DNA from: Hemiscyllium ocellatum
Taxonomy: Eukaryota
Length of the DNA stretch: 64,000 nt
Assembly: GCF_020745735.1 (NCBI RefSeq)
Contig: NC_083409.1
Span: 9,165,534 to 9,229,533, forward strand
Direction of reading: 5' to 3'
Part shown: piece after piece, positions 46,709 through 59,282 of the stretch
Layout of the letters: each line of letters opens with the position of its first letter
Numbering within the stretch: the first letter of the stretch is position 1
Notes under the pieces: model-generated
What the model saw: only the letters and a program-made list of their open reading frames with translations
Databases searched by the model: none
What the model was told of the DNA's origin: nothing
Translations under genes and position numbers: made by a program

Positions 46709-47022
46709 GGGCAGCATGGTGGTACAGTGGTTAGCACTGCTGCCTCACAGCACCAGAATCCCAGGTTCGACTTTAGCGTCGGGTGACTGCCTTTTATGGA
46801 GTTTGCACATTCTCCCCGTGTCTGCATGGGTTTCCTCCGGGTGTTCCGGTTTCCTCCCACAGTCCAAAGATGTGCAGGTTAGGTGAATTGGTCACGCTAA
46901 ATTGCCCATAGTCAGGGGTAAATATGGGGAATGAGTCTGGGTGGGTTGCTCTTCGGAGGGTCGGTGTGGACTTGTTCAACGGAAGGGCCTGTTTCCATTC
47001 TACAGGGAATCTAATCTAAATC
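46709..47022 (+). mobile_element. HE1/V-SINE, full length
   Basis: GGCAGCATGGTGGTACAGTGGTTAGCACTGC..GGTTCGA; V-domain; (TCTAA)n tail. Confidence 0.88.
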
Positions 47023-47183
47023 CTGGCAATGTATGGAGTGGAATTTTAAATCCAAAAAGACTCTGGAGTTAAGAGTCTAATGACGACCATTGTTGGGGGA
47101 GAACCCCATCGGGCCCACTAATATCCATCAGATTGCTGTCCTTGCCCATCCTGACTGACATATGACTCCAGACCCACAGCAAT

Positions 47184-47455
47184 GTAGAATCACAGAATCC
47201 CTCCTGTGTGGAAGAAGGCCATTCAGCCCATCAAGTGCAAGCAGCATTTCACCCAGAACCAGCCCCCTCTCCTAACCTTACACTTCCATGGTCAATCCAA
47301 CTAACCTGCACATCTCTGGACTGAGAGAGGAAACTGATGCACCCGGAGGAAACCCATTCAGACACAGGGAGAACATACACATTCAACACAGACAGTTGTC
47401 TGAAGGTGGAATCAAACCCAGGACCCTGGCGCTGTGAGGTAGTGACGCTGTACAT
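47184..47455 (-). mobile_element. HE1/V-SINE, 5'-eroded
   Basis: V-domain and tail on the - strand. Confidence 0.75.
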
Positions 47456-48893
47456 AATGCAAATGCGGCAATTGATCCTTCTGATTTTTCCCAACCTCAC
47501 CAGGTCTCCACAATCATTGAGATTCGTTAAATGCAACCTTTGCCAATGAAAGACCCTGACTGATGGGAAACAGACTGAAATTGGTAAATAATACAGTATT
47601 GGGGAGTTACAGACACAGATTGCCAAGTGGGAATCAGATGCTGTGGCTCTAACAGAGATCGTGCGGGACTGGGGATTCCTGGATACAAGGTGTTCAGTAA
47701 AGATAGGAAAGAAGGAAAACTGCGGGAAGTGGTGGGATTGTTCTGGAGCCAGACAGTGCTGACCAACCTTAGGCCCTGAGATATGATGGAGATGAAGGGT
47801 GAACTGAGCCGGGCTTTAACTCACTGTTACCAGGGTAAAACAGGAATTATCCATTTCACAAGAGAGTGAATGGAACTAACATACCAGGTGCATGTGAAAC
47901 ACCCAGCCCGTCCCTGAGAGAGGAGGGGGAGGCGGGGGGGGACAAGAACAGGGACATTCTCAGACAGAAAGGATGCTACAAATGGTATCAACCCGATAGT
48001 GAATGGTGGGGTGGGGATAGTGACAGCGACTCCCCTCAGAGAGTGGGGAAAGTAACACTGACACATTTAAAACTGTATTATCACAAGCGAGAATTCAAAC
48101 AGCCGCCCACTCTATCACACGGTATTGAAGGTGCACTGTCCTCATCAAAACATGTTTGCAAACCTCTTCATAACACGTAAGGGGAGAGAAACATTGAAAA
48201 CTGTATTATCACGAGTGAGGGTCCATTTAAAACTAGGTCCATGATGTTGAATGTTCTGAGCCGGAAACAACACTGGTATATTGATGTCATTATCTTATTA
48301 AACAATATTAAAACCTGGGCCAAATATTTTACTGCAGACAGTACATTTAAAATATCAAGAGGCTTTCCGCATTGTTGGTTTGATCAGTGACGTAGCAAGG
48401 AAGCAGCAGCTGCCCCATGAACTCCAATAAAAGAATGAGAACAGGCTCTTCATACGGAGCTGGCTCCCGAGAATCCAATTCAACAGCAGGGACCAAAGAA
48501 CAAGGAACAATAGATGTGTGAGGCAATAGATAAAAGAGATGTGCGAGGCAAATATTTCACACAAAGGGAGTTGAGTACCTGGAACACACTGTCAGACGAA
48601 GGGGTGGAAGCAGACACAATAGAAGTATTCAAGAAATACCTACTCTAATGCATGAATAGGAAGGGAATAGAGGAATATGAATCCTATAGGTGAAGACAGT
48701 TTAAGTATGGAAGGGCAAAATGTGTCAGCACAGGCTTGGAGGCCCGAAGGGCCTGTTCCTGTGCTGTATTAAATTCCCCCGCCCCTTGAATCTCTGTTCC
48801 CCAATAATTGACGCATCCACCCTGCGGGAAAAAAAGCCTCATATTCTCCACTCTACATATCCCATTCACAACTTTATAAACTTCGATCAGGAC

Positions 48894-50525
48894 ATAGAAC
48901 ATAGAACAATACAGCACAGAATAGGCCCTTCGGCCCACCATGTTGTGCCAAACATTTGTCCTAGCTTAAGCACCTATCCATGTACCTATCCAATTGTCGC
49001 TTAAAGGTCACCAATGATTCTGACTCTGCCACTCCCACAGAGAGCGCATTCCATGCCCTCACCATTCTCTGGGTAAATAATCTACCCCTGACATCCCCCC
49101 ATACATTCCACCCTTCACCTTAAATTTATGTCCTCTTGTAACAATCTATTGTACCTGGGGAAAAAGTCTCTGACTGTCTACTCTATCTATTCCATAATCA
49201 TCTTATAAACCTCTATCAAGTCATCCCCATCCTTCACCGTTCCAATGAGAAAAGGCCTAGCATTCTCAACCTTTCCTCGTACGACCTATTCTCCATTCCA
49301 GGCAACATCCTGGTAAATCTCCTTTGCACCTTCTCCAAAGCTTCCACATCTTTCTTCAAGTGAGGCGAGCAGAACTGCACACAGTACTCCAAATGTGGCC
49401 TTACCAAGGTCCTGTACAGCTGCAACATCACCTCACGACTCTTGAATTCAATCCCTCTGCTAATGAACGCGAATACAACATAGGCCTTCTTACAAGCTCT
49501 AGCCACCTGAGTGGCAACATTCAAAGAGCTATGAACATAGACATCAAGATCCCTCTGCTCCTCCACCTTACTAAGAAACCTACTGTTAACCCTGTATTCA
49601 GCATTCTTATTTGTTTTTCCAAAATGGACAACCTCACACTTGACAGGGTTGAATTCCATCTTCCACTCCTCAGCCCAGCTCTGCATCATATCTAAGTCCC
49701 TTTGCAGCTGACAACAGCCCTCCTCACTATCCAAAACTCCACCATTCTTCGTATCATCTACAAATTTACTGACCGCCCTTCAACTCCCTCTTCCAAATCA
49801 CTAATAAAAATTACAAACAGCAGAAGACACACCTCATTTTTCCGCATTCCAGTGAAAACAAACCCAGTCTATCCAACCTTTCTTCAGGACTACTATTCAC
49901 CATACTAGACAACATCCTGATAAACATTTTCTGCATCGTCTTCAAAACATCCACATCCTTCTGGTAGTGTGGTGACCAGAACTGTATGCAATATTCCAAG
50001 TGTGGCCGAACTAATGTTCAATAAAGCTGCAGCATAACTTGTCTATCCTTATACTCAATGCCCCTTCCAATGAAGGCAAGATGGCCATAAGCCTTTTTTA
50101 CTACCTTACCTCCCCATGCTGCCACCTTCAGTGATCTGTGAACATATACACCCAGATCCCTCTGCATATCAATACTCCAAAGGATTCTGCCATTCACTGT
50201 ATAATTCCCACCTGGACATCACCTTTAAAAATGCATCACCTCACATTTGTCTGGATTAAACTACACCTGCCATTTTTCTGTCCATGGATCTAACTGATCT
50301 AATATCCTGCTGTATTCTCTGACAATCCTTCTCATTATCTGCAACTCTACCAATCTTTGTATCAACCATAAGCTTACTAATTAGACCAGCTACGCTTTGC
50401 TCCAAATCATTTATGGAGATCATGAACAGGAGAGTTCCCACCGCTGATCCCCGTGGAATATCACTAGTCACAGCCCTCCATTCTGAAAACCGTTCTTCCA
50501 TTGCTACCCCTTGTCTCCTGTGACT
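48894..50525 (-). mobile_element. Two CR1 RT/3'-end copies on the - strand
   Basis: ORF 49234-49734 (LQRDLD..W.MEFN..KC..MHFG..LEYCVQF); (ATAGAAC)n tail at 48894; second copy at 49830-50525. Confidence 0.88.
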
Positions 50526-50977
50526 AATCTAGTTCTGTGTCCAATGCTGGGGACATTTTTGACAAGACACCTTGTTGCCAGATCGTTACTGCAACTTGAT
50601 CCAGTTCATTCAGAAAGACAAAAAGGACAATGTGCAGATTGTTGAACAGGCCCCTACACCTGGGCCTGAGGCAGGAGCCCAAGCTCCAACACACTGGCCT
50701 CACTTGACACCAACCTTCACACAGTGCGGGGTCATGAACTCCGGCCATCAATTCCTCTGGGACCGGGGCGGAGTGAGGGACCAGGGACAATTGTAGAAGA
50801 GGCAATAAGGAGTAAAGCAAGATGGACAGGGTGTTTTGGAAAGTGTTTAATGGAGGAAATATACTTTGTGATACCTACGTGTAGGGGGAGAAAGTGAAGA
50901 CTGCAGATGCTGGAGATCAGAACTGAAAATGTGTTGCTGGAAAAGTGCAGCAGGTCAGGCAGCACCCAAGGAGCAGG

Positions 50978-51017
50978 AGAATCGACGTTTCGGGCATGAG
51001 CCATTCTTCAGGAATCT
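50978..51017 (-). ncRNA. Minimal type I hammerhead motif in a solo Penelope pLTR (50880-51020)
   Basis: AGAUUC-CUGAAGA-AU-GGC/UCAU/GCC-C-GAAA-CGUC^GAUUCU: helix I 5 of 6 pairs, palindromic ACGU stem III, GUC cleavage triplet. Confidence 0.7.
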
Positions 51018-52789
51018 ACGTGTATCACAGACTGAATAAAAAGCACAATCTGAAGACAATCTAAAGTCACATCAATGTATTTCTTTTTGATATATCATAG
51101 CATGCAGGGCATTTTCATTGTGGCATCCTGAGCTGTACTCTCTCAGATTGAGCCGGTTGGATCCTCGCAGACCCCCAGTTATTTGGACTGTTCAGTATTG
51201 TGGGGATACTGATGGTGGATTGGGGTACACCTGACGAAGGAGCAATGCTTCGAAAACTTGTGATTTCAAATGAACCTCTTGAGCTGGAGCCTGGTGTTGT
51301 GTGTCTTCTGACTTTGTATTGTGCGTGCAGTGAAACAGCTGCCTTCTCGTAACTATAGAGTACTAGCAATACAGCTGAGGAGTCTGGGTAACGACTCCTT
51401 CCATTAGCTGCGAACAAACCCGCAGTCATTCCAGTGGATTCCAGTGGGAATGACCTGTCAGTTGCTTCCCAGATATTACATGGTTCACCATCTCCATCTC
51501 CAGGATAATTCAGGAAGGGCAACAAATAACCAACACGTCAACGCCCGCCCCATCCGAGGAGAAATCAAAATAAATGGCATACAATTCAAATGATCAAACT
51601 GGTGAGGCTTGATTTCATCTCTTTGAAAGACTGGAGCCTTGCCCAGAAACAAAGCCTTGAAGTGGGTGAACCTGGTTTGTCAGACTGAAGGGTGGAGTGT
51701 CCTTCGGATTAGCAGTGGGATCAGCAAAAAAAATTATACGCAAAAATCTAACAAACAGCCATCAAAGCGTGCCCCCAAGTGCAAAGACCAGGCTTTCAGA
51801 GCCACACAGTTTACATTGTTACTGACCGTGGCTCCATGGGCAATGTTCCTGCCTCATCGTCAAAATGGTCATCGGATTGACAGCCACCTCAGAAATTAGA
51901 ACACAGAATCCAGGCTGAGACTGTGGTACACTGCTGAAAGTTGCACAGTCTCTGGCACCATCATTTGAGGCTCCACCACCACCACACCCCGACCATCCCC
52001 ACCCCCACCTCAGGGGGCTCAACAAGATCCCATTCTGAAGAGATTCACTCGGGTGTCCTGCTCACTATTCAACTCGTGCCACCAAAACAGATTTGTTTTG
52101 TCATTCATTTACTGCCTGTGGGACCTCACCATCTTGTCCGTGAATGTGACTGCTCTATGCTCACATCTTTGAATATCCTGAGATGATTAAAAAAAACTGC
52201 ACCAACAAGAGTTCTTTCCTCATTATCATGTAAACGGAGAGCAATTAGCAAGGGAAAATGCACACTGAGTGTAAACACTGAAGCTTCAGCTGAAAGGCTT
52301 TTCACACCATGTTAACCTGCTCCTTGGGCATTTCCTTCCAATGTCCGAGATGGTTATCAGGCTGGGATGGAGACTGACAGATCACATGGAATCCTTCAGG
52401 CAAGGTGCACAAGGGCACAGTCCAGGCTTGCTGCAAACCTTGAAGGGCTGGGAGATTCTCTGTGGCAGTTTCTCGTGCACATCCTCCATGGAATTCTCAC
52501 AGACTTTACTGAAATGGAATTAACTCAGAGAGGGGAAGGAAATGTGAAGAATTAACCAGAGAAGGGTGAGCATCAAGAGAGGTGGGAGTGTATGGAAAAT
52601 TCAGTGCCATTAAAATTTCCAACTGGGTTTCACAAGGAAAACTCAAATCGTTACCAGGATAGTACAGGGAGAATCCTCACTGACATAAACAGGCCGAGTA
52701 TCAGAGACCCTGAGCCTTCGGTGCCTGACCCTCTCTGAGGCATTACAGTCAAGGACTGTTCATGTGTTAATAAGGGAGACTTGCGGACA

Positions 52790-53080
52790 TGGGGTTGCGT
52801 CATGATTAATGATCGGAGAGGTACAGATTAAAGATAAATGGCCGAAGGTTAAGAGGGAACATAAGGGAACACATTTTCACCCAGAGGGTGGTGGCAGTCT
52901 GGGACTCACTCCCTGTAAGGGTGGTTGAGGCAGAAGCTCTCCCATAACATTGAAGTGTTTTAATGTGCAGCTGTGATGCCAAGGCGTACAGGGCTATGGG
53001 CCAAGTGCTGGAACATGGAATTAGAATAGTGAGGTGGATGTTTGACTGGCTTTGGCTCATTGGGCCGAAGGTCCTTGTTC
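52790..53080 (+). mobile_element. CR1 3' end fragment
   Basis: HIFTQRVVAVWDSLPVRVVEA. Confidence 0.7.
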
Positions 53081-54814
53081 TTGTAGACCTGTTGTAGATG
53101 TCTGACTCTGCCAGGACTCCAGCAATGTGGCTGACCCTTACCTGCCATTTGAAAGGCCGAGCAAGCCACTCAGTTTCAGGGCAGTTAGGGATGGAGAACA
53201 AATGCTGGTCTTGCCAGTGACACCCACATCCCAGGAAAGAATAGACAGCCTCAGTGATAACACCATCACCTGAACCTGCAGGTTTCAAGTCCCACTCCAG
53301 AGACTGGAGCACTATCCTGAGGCTGGCAAAGGCAAAGATGCCATCTGCTGGATGATCGGTTAAACTACTGCCCTCTCGGGTCAATGTGAAAGTAAGGGTT
53401 TTCTGATCATCTCAGACGAAATCTGTGTGTACTATTTACAAGATGCGCTCCAATAAAATCATCAAAAGTCCTGAGGCAACACCTTCCAAACCCATGATTA
53501 CTTGAATCAAGATGGACAAGGGCAGAAGATACAATGGGAACATCACCCCAGCCAGTTCCCTCTAAGCTATTCACCAGTTTAACTTGGAAATATCATCACT
53601 GGGTCAGAATTCTGGAATTCCCTTCCTCAGGACATTGTGGATCTACCTACAGCACAGGACAAGTAAAGATGGACAGTAAAAAAGCTGGTAAAAGTAACAG
53701 TAGGTGTGATTTGGGACGCAGAAAGTGAGACTGTGCTGTTTCAGTTATTCCTGGACATTGGTGTGACCACATCTCAAATACTGAGGGTACTTTTGGTCTC
53801 CTTATTGAAGGAAGAATATAAATGCATTGGAGGTGGTTCAGAGGAGATTTACCCAGTTGATCCCTGGAATGATTGGGCTGTGTGATGAGGAAGGATTGGA
53901 AAAGCTTGCCTTGTTCTCAGTGGGGTTTAAAGAGTGAGGGGTTTTCCTGTCCCACGGTATTCTCCAACCCCCTATCTGCCTCCCTCTTGTGTCATACCCT
54001 CCTGCGCCTTACTACACGAGGAATTGAACTGTTTAGTCTTGAGGCCTATAACTTCCTTCTGGAACTAATCCACCAGGTATCTCCGGCACTCCCTGATGTA
54101 TCACTGCTTTTTCAATTCAGCCTTCATTCCAAACTCCCTGAGTGGGAGTTCCTGTAGTTTTATACATTCGCTGCAGATGTATTTACCCTGAATCATTTCA
54201 ATGCAATAAAGAAATGTTGATCTCACTTACAAATGAAAAATATCCATTCCTTCATTACAGCAGTAATTGTCTTTGGTCTGTTTTGAAGTTTCAGTACTTT
54301 CCATTTATTAAACTTCTCTAATGGACATGTAATGAAGCAATCTATTTATACAGCCCCTCCAACTGAACAAATCCCAGATTCCTATTTTCTTGTTTATCAT
54401 TTTGTTTCATTCAAACCAAGTGCATGTGCAGGCTCCCATCAGCTGAAGTGACAGTTCCAAATCAGTTTGGAAAAGCAAAGGTAGACTCCTTCTCTGAGTT
54501 CACCAAACTCCCACACTGACCAAACGTCCCAGCATTACCCTCTGTGCTGGCTGCACTCAGTGCGAGCTGCAGTATAGAGGCTGCCCTGTATTTATGCTGT
54601 TTCTGATTTATATCGCTCCATTCTGTTGTCCTGTTGTTCAGGATATGGGTTAAGCTCACTCATTTCTCAATCGAAAGCTTCCTTCTTTCAGCCTGAGAGA
54701 GACTTTACATTTGCAAACAGGAAATATGACTTCAATGCTGGAATCTGTTCTCAGGATTGATGGACTCGATGATTTGATTCAGTGAAATAACCTCGTCTAA
54801 TCTCTTCAGGGGCC

Positions 54815-55212
54815 GACATTTCAGGTATAACTCTTCTTCAGGAAGTGGGGATAGGTGTTAGGGGAGCTGCAGATAAAGGGATGGGTTGGAGCGAGGTGGT
54901 GAGGTGGGGATAGGTTGAGAAAGATAGAGAGTATGATCTGATTGGTCGATGGGAGAGATGAATCCAGAATCATCCCACCCCTCGACCAACCAGGTCCTAT
55001 CCTCTACCTGTCTCCACCTATCCCCACCTAACCAAACTGGCCCCACTACTCCCTTTATATGCAACTCCCTCACTACCCATCCACCCCACTTCCTGAAGAA
55101 AGGTTACAGCCAAAACGTCGACATCTCCACCTCCTGATGCTGCCTGGCTTGCTGTGTTCTCCCAGCCTCCTGCTTGTCAACCTTGGATTCCAGCATTTGC
55201 AGTTTTTTTGTC
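54815..55212. mobile_element. Penelope 3'UTR/pLTR foldback insertion with a 19-bp target-site duplication
   Basis: TCTAATCTCTTCAGGGGCC at 54796-54814 and 55213-55231. Inverted arm ~54815-54965 and forward arm ~54968-55212, each with a degenerate hammerhead. Confidence 0.85.
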
Positions 55213-56674
55213 TCTAATCTCTTCAGGGGCCAGGATGGGTGTGAGGAGATTGGGCTTTGATGGAACTACCCACAGAATGAAGTCAAAAGAAGCAAAGCAA
55301 GAAAGGCAAGTGGATCGAATACAAGAGAGCAAATTGTGAGGGAAAACCAATTATTCCCAGTTTAGCAATTACAAAGGAGAGAGTGACAACATTGAATTGC
55401 TTCTGGTGTCATCCTCTGTGCCCTAACATTTCACAGTGCCAGTTCCACGTCCATCCATTGGCTTTGTCATTGAGAATCAACAGTTCCCTTCCCACAGCCC
55501 TTTTTAAAAAGTCCTGTATCAGAGAAGCAGAGAATATTTCACCATTTCTGGGAAAGATAGAGGAATATAGGATGTCAAGGAGCAGTTTCTCTGTCTGACA
55601 GAAGGATGTGTGTAGTCTGTTGATTCTGGAGACGGATCACTGATTCCTCACTCCCATCAACACCTGACTTTATTCTAACAACAGTTTCTATTATTCATTA
55701 TAAAGTACCCCCACCAGTTTCAGACTAGACATTTCACACCCAGCCCCCATTTCCTCACATTGGAATCAAGAACCAAACTTGCCCCATCTCAGGATTGCCC
55801 TCTGAATGTGGTGTCAGTGTGCTAATGCTGTGTTTGATGAACGAGCCATGGTGGAATCTGGGACTGAATCCAAGGGGTTTCTGAGCCAGCCAGCAGCCTC
55901 CCCACTGTGTGAGGGTCTGTTTGGATGAGATTTCAGCCCCATGGTTCCCACTGATACTAGAGCCATGGAGCGAGATTGCTGGAGCCACATGTGGACTGAG
56001 GAACACAACAGTCAGGACAATGAGCTGCTCTGGAATCCACCCTGAGCCCTGGGTGATCCTCACTGAGATGCCCAGGAGCTACAGAATATGACAGCAGAAG
56101 GTTTATCATTGATGGTCCTCCCCAGCCGTGACTCCCAGATGCCCCCGGATTGGACATTCTCAATCTGACCCCATGGACCCACGGGGCAATTCCATCCCAT
56201 TTGAAGAGGAAAGAAAACCCTGGTCTAATTTATGGAATATTTATTTCTCAAACCCTGTAGAATTGTTATTCTGAGAAACAAGATCCTGCTGATCATATTC
56301 ATAAATACAGAATTCCCAATGGCTCTGGCTCACAAACAGTTGAGTTGAATTTCTTGGCCTGGGATCTTGCTGTGACTAAGAGATGGGTGAAGGAATTTCC
56401 ATCAGATTATTGTGTTTCCCAGTGTCCCTTCCTATTTTTCTCCATTTATTGGGAAATAATTCCTTGGGGCCCTGCATTCCTTCTGAAAGAACCCCTTCTG
56501 GACGCAGTTGTAGAATTGCCCTCCTACTCCAGGGACCTCATTACCCCCTCGATTCTCCCCCTCTTGTTCCAGGCCTTGAAGTTGGAGGTTAACACTTCAC
56601 ACACCTTTCCCTGAGGTTTCAGCTCTGGCCATTTCCAAAGCACACACAGAGACAGAGACTGAATCTTCTTCATC

Positions 56675-56680
56675 TTTATT
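56675..56680 (-). terminator. Poly(A) signal of IgL C3
   Basis: AATAAA on the - strand with downstream TCTGTCTCTGTGTGTG GU-rich element. Confidence 0.78.
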
Positions 56681-57206
56681 CCCTTTTCCAGATTGACATT
56701 GACAGAAAACCGTCAGCAATTAACAGCCCAGACAGAGGAAGCTGCACAAATTCACAGCCACAATGGAGCTTGAGGAAAACACTTGTGGAGTTTTTCTCAA
56801 TAACATGGGAATCCTGTCCCTTTAAACAGTGACAAAACCTTAAACTGGAACTGGCGGCTGAGCAGGAAGGAGATCTGGTTTACTGAAGCAGAGACTTCTG
56901 AGGTTCACGTTGTTTTTGTACAGCTGACAGTCTTCAGCATCTTCGAGAGGTTTTATTTGGCATCACTAGCCTTCACTGTCCAATCAAACACTCCTAGAAC
57001 AGGGTCAGCATGGGGTTTGATACAGAGTAAAGATTGTTTTTGATGATCCCAAAGACCTGCCATAACCCTTGAAACTCAGACGTATCTCTGAGCCAATCCC
57101 AAGAAGGAAGAGAGTTGAAATTCAGTTCTGACAATGACCTTTGTCCTGCCAGCTCAGCCCTGTTCTATTTAAAGTTGTGTCTCCTCTGTGGACTGTCTCG
57201 AACACT

Positions 57207-57535
57207 CTACACACATTCTGATCTCTTGATGCTCTTGCTGAGGGGAGAGGGGAGGGTCACATGGGTGAGGGCACAGGAGAAGCGAGCATCGGACTCCCAG
57301 TCAGACCCAGAGAGGGTCAGCAGGCTGCTGACACTGTAGGTGCTGTCCGAAGCTCGCAGGTAGTTGCTGGTCTGAACCCCGTCCGAAATGACTGCACCGT
57401 CCTTCTTCCACTGCACCTCCAGCTCATCGGGATAGAAGTGATTGGCAAGGCACACCAGGGTGGCAGTGCCCTTGGTATTGATCTGCTCCAGGGAGGGGGG
57501 CAGCAGGGTCAGCTTGGGCTGAGAGTTCTCACGGC
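57207..57535 (-). CDS. Ig light-chain constant exon C3, type I/NS5 (sigma-cart)-like; intact
   Basis: Acceptor tgtctttcAG|GC, 329 bp: RENSQPKLTLLPPSLEQINTKGTATLVCLANHFYPDELEVQWKKDG...YSVSSLLTLSGSDWESDARFSCALTH...SECV*. Both domain Cys, Trp, FYP and the terminal interchain Cys are present. Confidence 0.93.
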
Positions 57536-58861
57536 CTGAAAGACAAAAAAAAACAATTTTAATCCCTGTCATTCAAAGGGATTTCAACTCTGAAGATTCA
57601 CTGGCAAAACAATCCATTTGAACATTTGTATTCAATACCTTACAAGCCCCATAAAAGGACAGGGCCTTTTAAAATTGATTCTTGGGATGTGAGTGTCACT
57701 GGCAGAACCAGTATTTATTGCCCATCCCTAATTGCCGCTGAGAAAGTGATAGTGAAAGAGAAGGGACAGTTTTGGACCATCATTTATGGAATGTATGTGG
57801 GCAGCTGGAAGGGCTATCAATGGGGGAGCATTTCAGTGACAGTCATCAGAACTCAGTGAGATTGAGAGTAGGGATGGAAATGGAGAACCACGGAACAATT
57901 GTAAAAGTTTTTATTTGGGAACAAACCATTTTACTAAACAGGTCAGGGATTGGGTAAAAGTGGCTGAAAGACAAAATGCAGGGGTGAGATTTACCAAGAC
58001 CTGAGGAAAGCAAAGAGCTGACAGGATGAGATGTGTCCAAATGAAGTGAAGGAAATCCCCGTGATGTTTTATAATCACAGAAAGAACAAGAGAATATAGG
58101 AATGTATGAGGCCCATTCAAGAGCAGGAAGGGAACTTGTGTGTGGGGGTGGAAGATGGAGTCATGGTTCCTCAGTTTGTTTTCACAAAAAAGAGGGACAA
58201 AGCAGGAACTTTGTCAGGAGGAGGACTGTACAATATTGGAACAGCATCTTTCACATCTGAAAGACTCCCAGTTCCTCCAAAGAAAAGAAAGATTCATGCT
58301 GTCCCCAAGACATTTGCAGACAGTGTGGGACTTGTTTGAAATGTGCTCACTGTAGGAATGTAGGAAACGTGGAAGCCAGATTGTACACAGCAAGATCCCA
58401 CAAGCATCAACGAACCAAGGAACATTTTGAGTGATGTTTGTTCAGGGATAAATATCAGCCTGAATATGATTCAAAGAGAAAGTAACTGGAACAGTTGGAT
58501 GGAAAATGAGAAAAATGAAAGTTAAAGGAGAAGGGAGGATTGCTGGTTAGTTGTGGGATTCATTGTTACCAGGAAATAAAAGGAAAGGGACAGAGTATTA
58601 TGAATGTCATATTGTACCGAGGAAACTTAAAAGTGCAGGGAAGCTCACTATAGAACAAGCTTAAAGGCTTTTTCTCTTAATGCATGACCCATTTGGAATA
58701 TGATAGACAAAATGGTACCACACAAATCAAGGTAAATCAAGTTTCAAGGATTTTAAACTAATTAAAGAAGGTAGGGGCTCAGGACACTTTATTAAAGTAT
58801 CCAGACCAAGTACTAGGATAGAGAGTATGGAAAGGATGAGGAATTGAACTTGAGGCCCCGC

Positions 58862-59112
58862 AGGGTGGAATGGTGGATCAGTGGTTAGCACTGCTGTCTC
58901 ACAGCTCCGGAGACACAGACTCAATTCCAACTGACTGTCTGTGTGGAGTTTACACATTCTCCCAGTGTCTACTTGGGTTTCCTCCCATTGTCACAAAGAT
59001 GTGTAGGATAGGAGGATTATCCGTGGGAATTGTAGGGTGGTTGGGATGCTTTTTGGAGGGTCAATCTGGGCTGAATGGCCTGCCTCCACACTGTAGGGTG
59101 TCTATGAATTCT
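58862..59112 (+). mobile_element. HE1/V-SINE
   Basis: GGTGGATCAGTGGTTAGCACTGCTG head; V-domain. Confidence 0.8.
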
Positions 59113-59282
59113 AAAGGAGATAACTATGAGAAGGAGATAGTCAATGCACAACTGAGGGTGTTGTACTTCAATGCATCGAGTATATGAAACAAGGTAAATG
59201 AGCCTGTAGCGCAGGGACATGGCTGCAAGGCGATCAGGGCTGGGAACTAAATATCCAAGGATACACATCCTATTGAAAGGAA

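Noticed and set aside
47457-47464. Perfect octamer ATGCAAAT as an Ig V promoter
   Set aside because: Lies at a SINE boundary; no leader exon or V follows on either strand.
47770-48500. Promoter-like island (GC box, CCGGAA, TGACGT; 16-bp direct repeat at 48069 and 48197)
   Set aside because: No associated exon or ORF; the motifs are too short to support a call.
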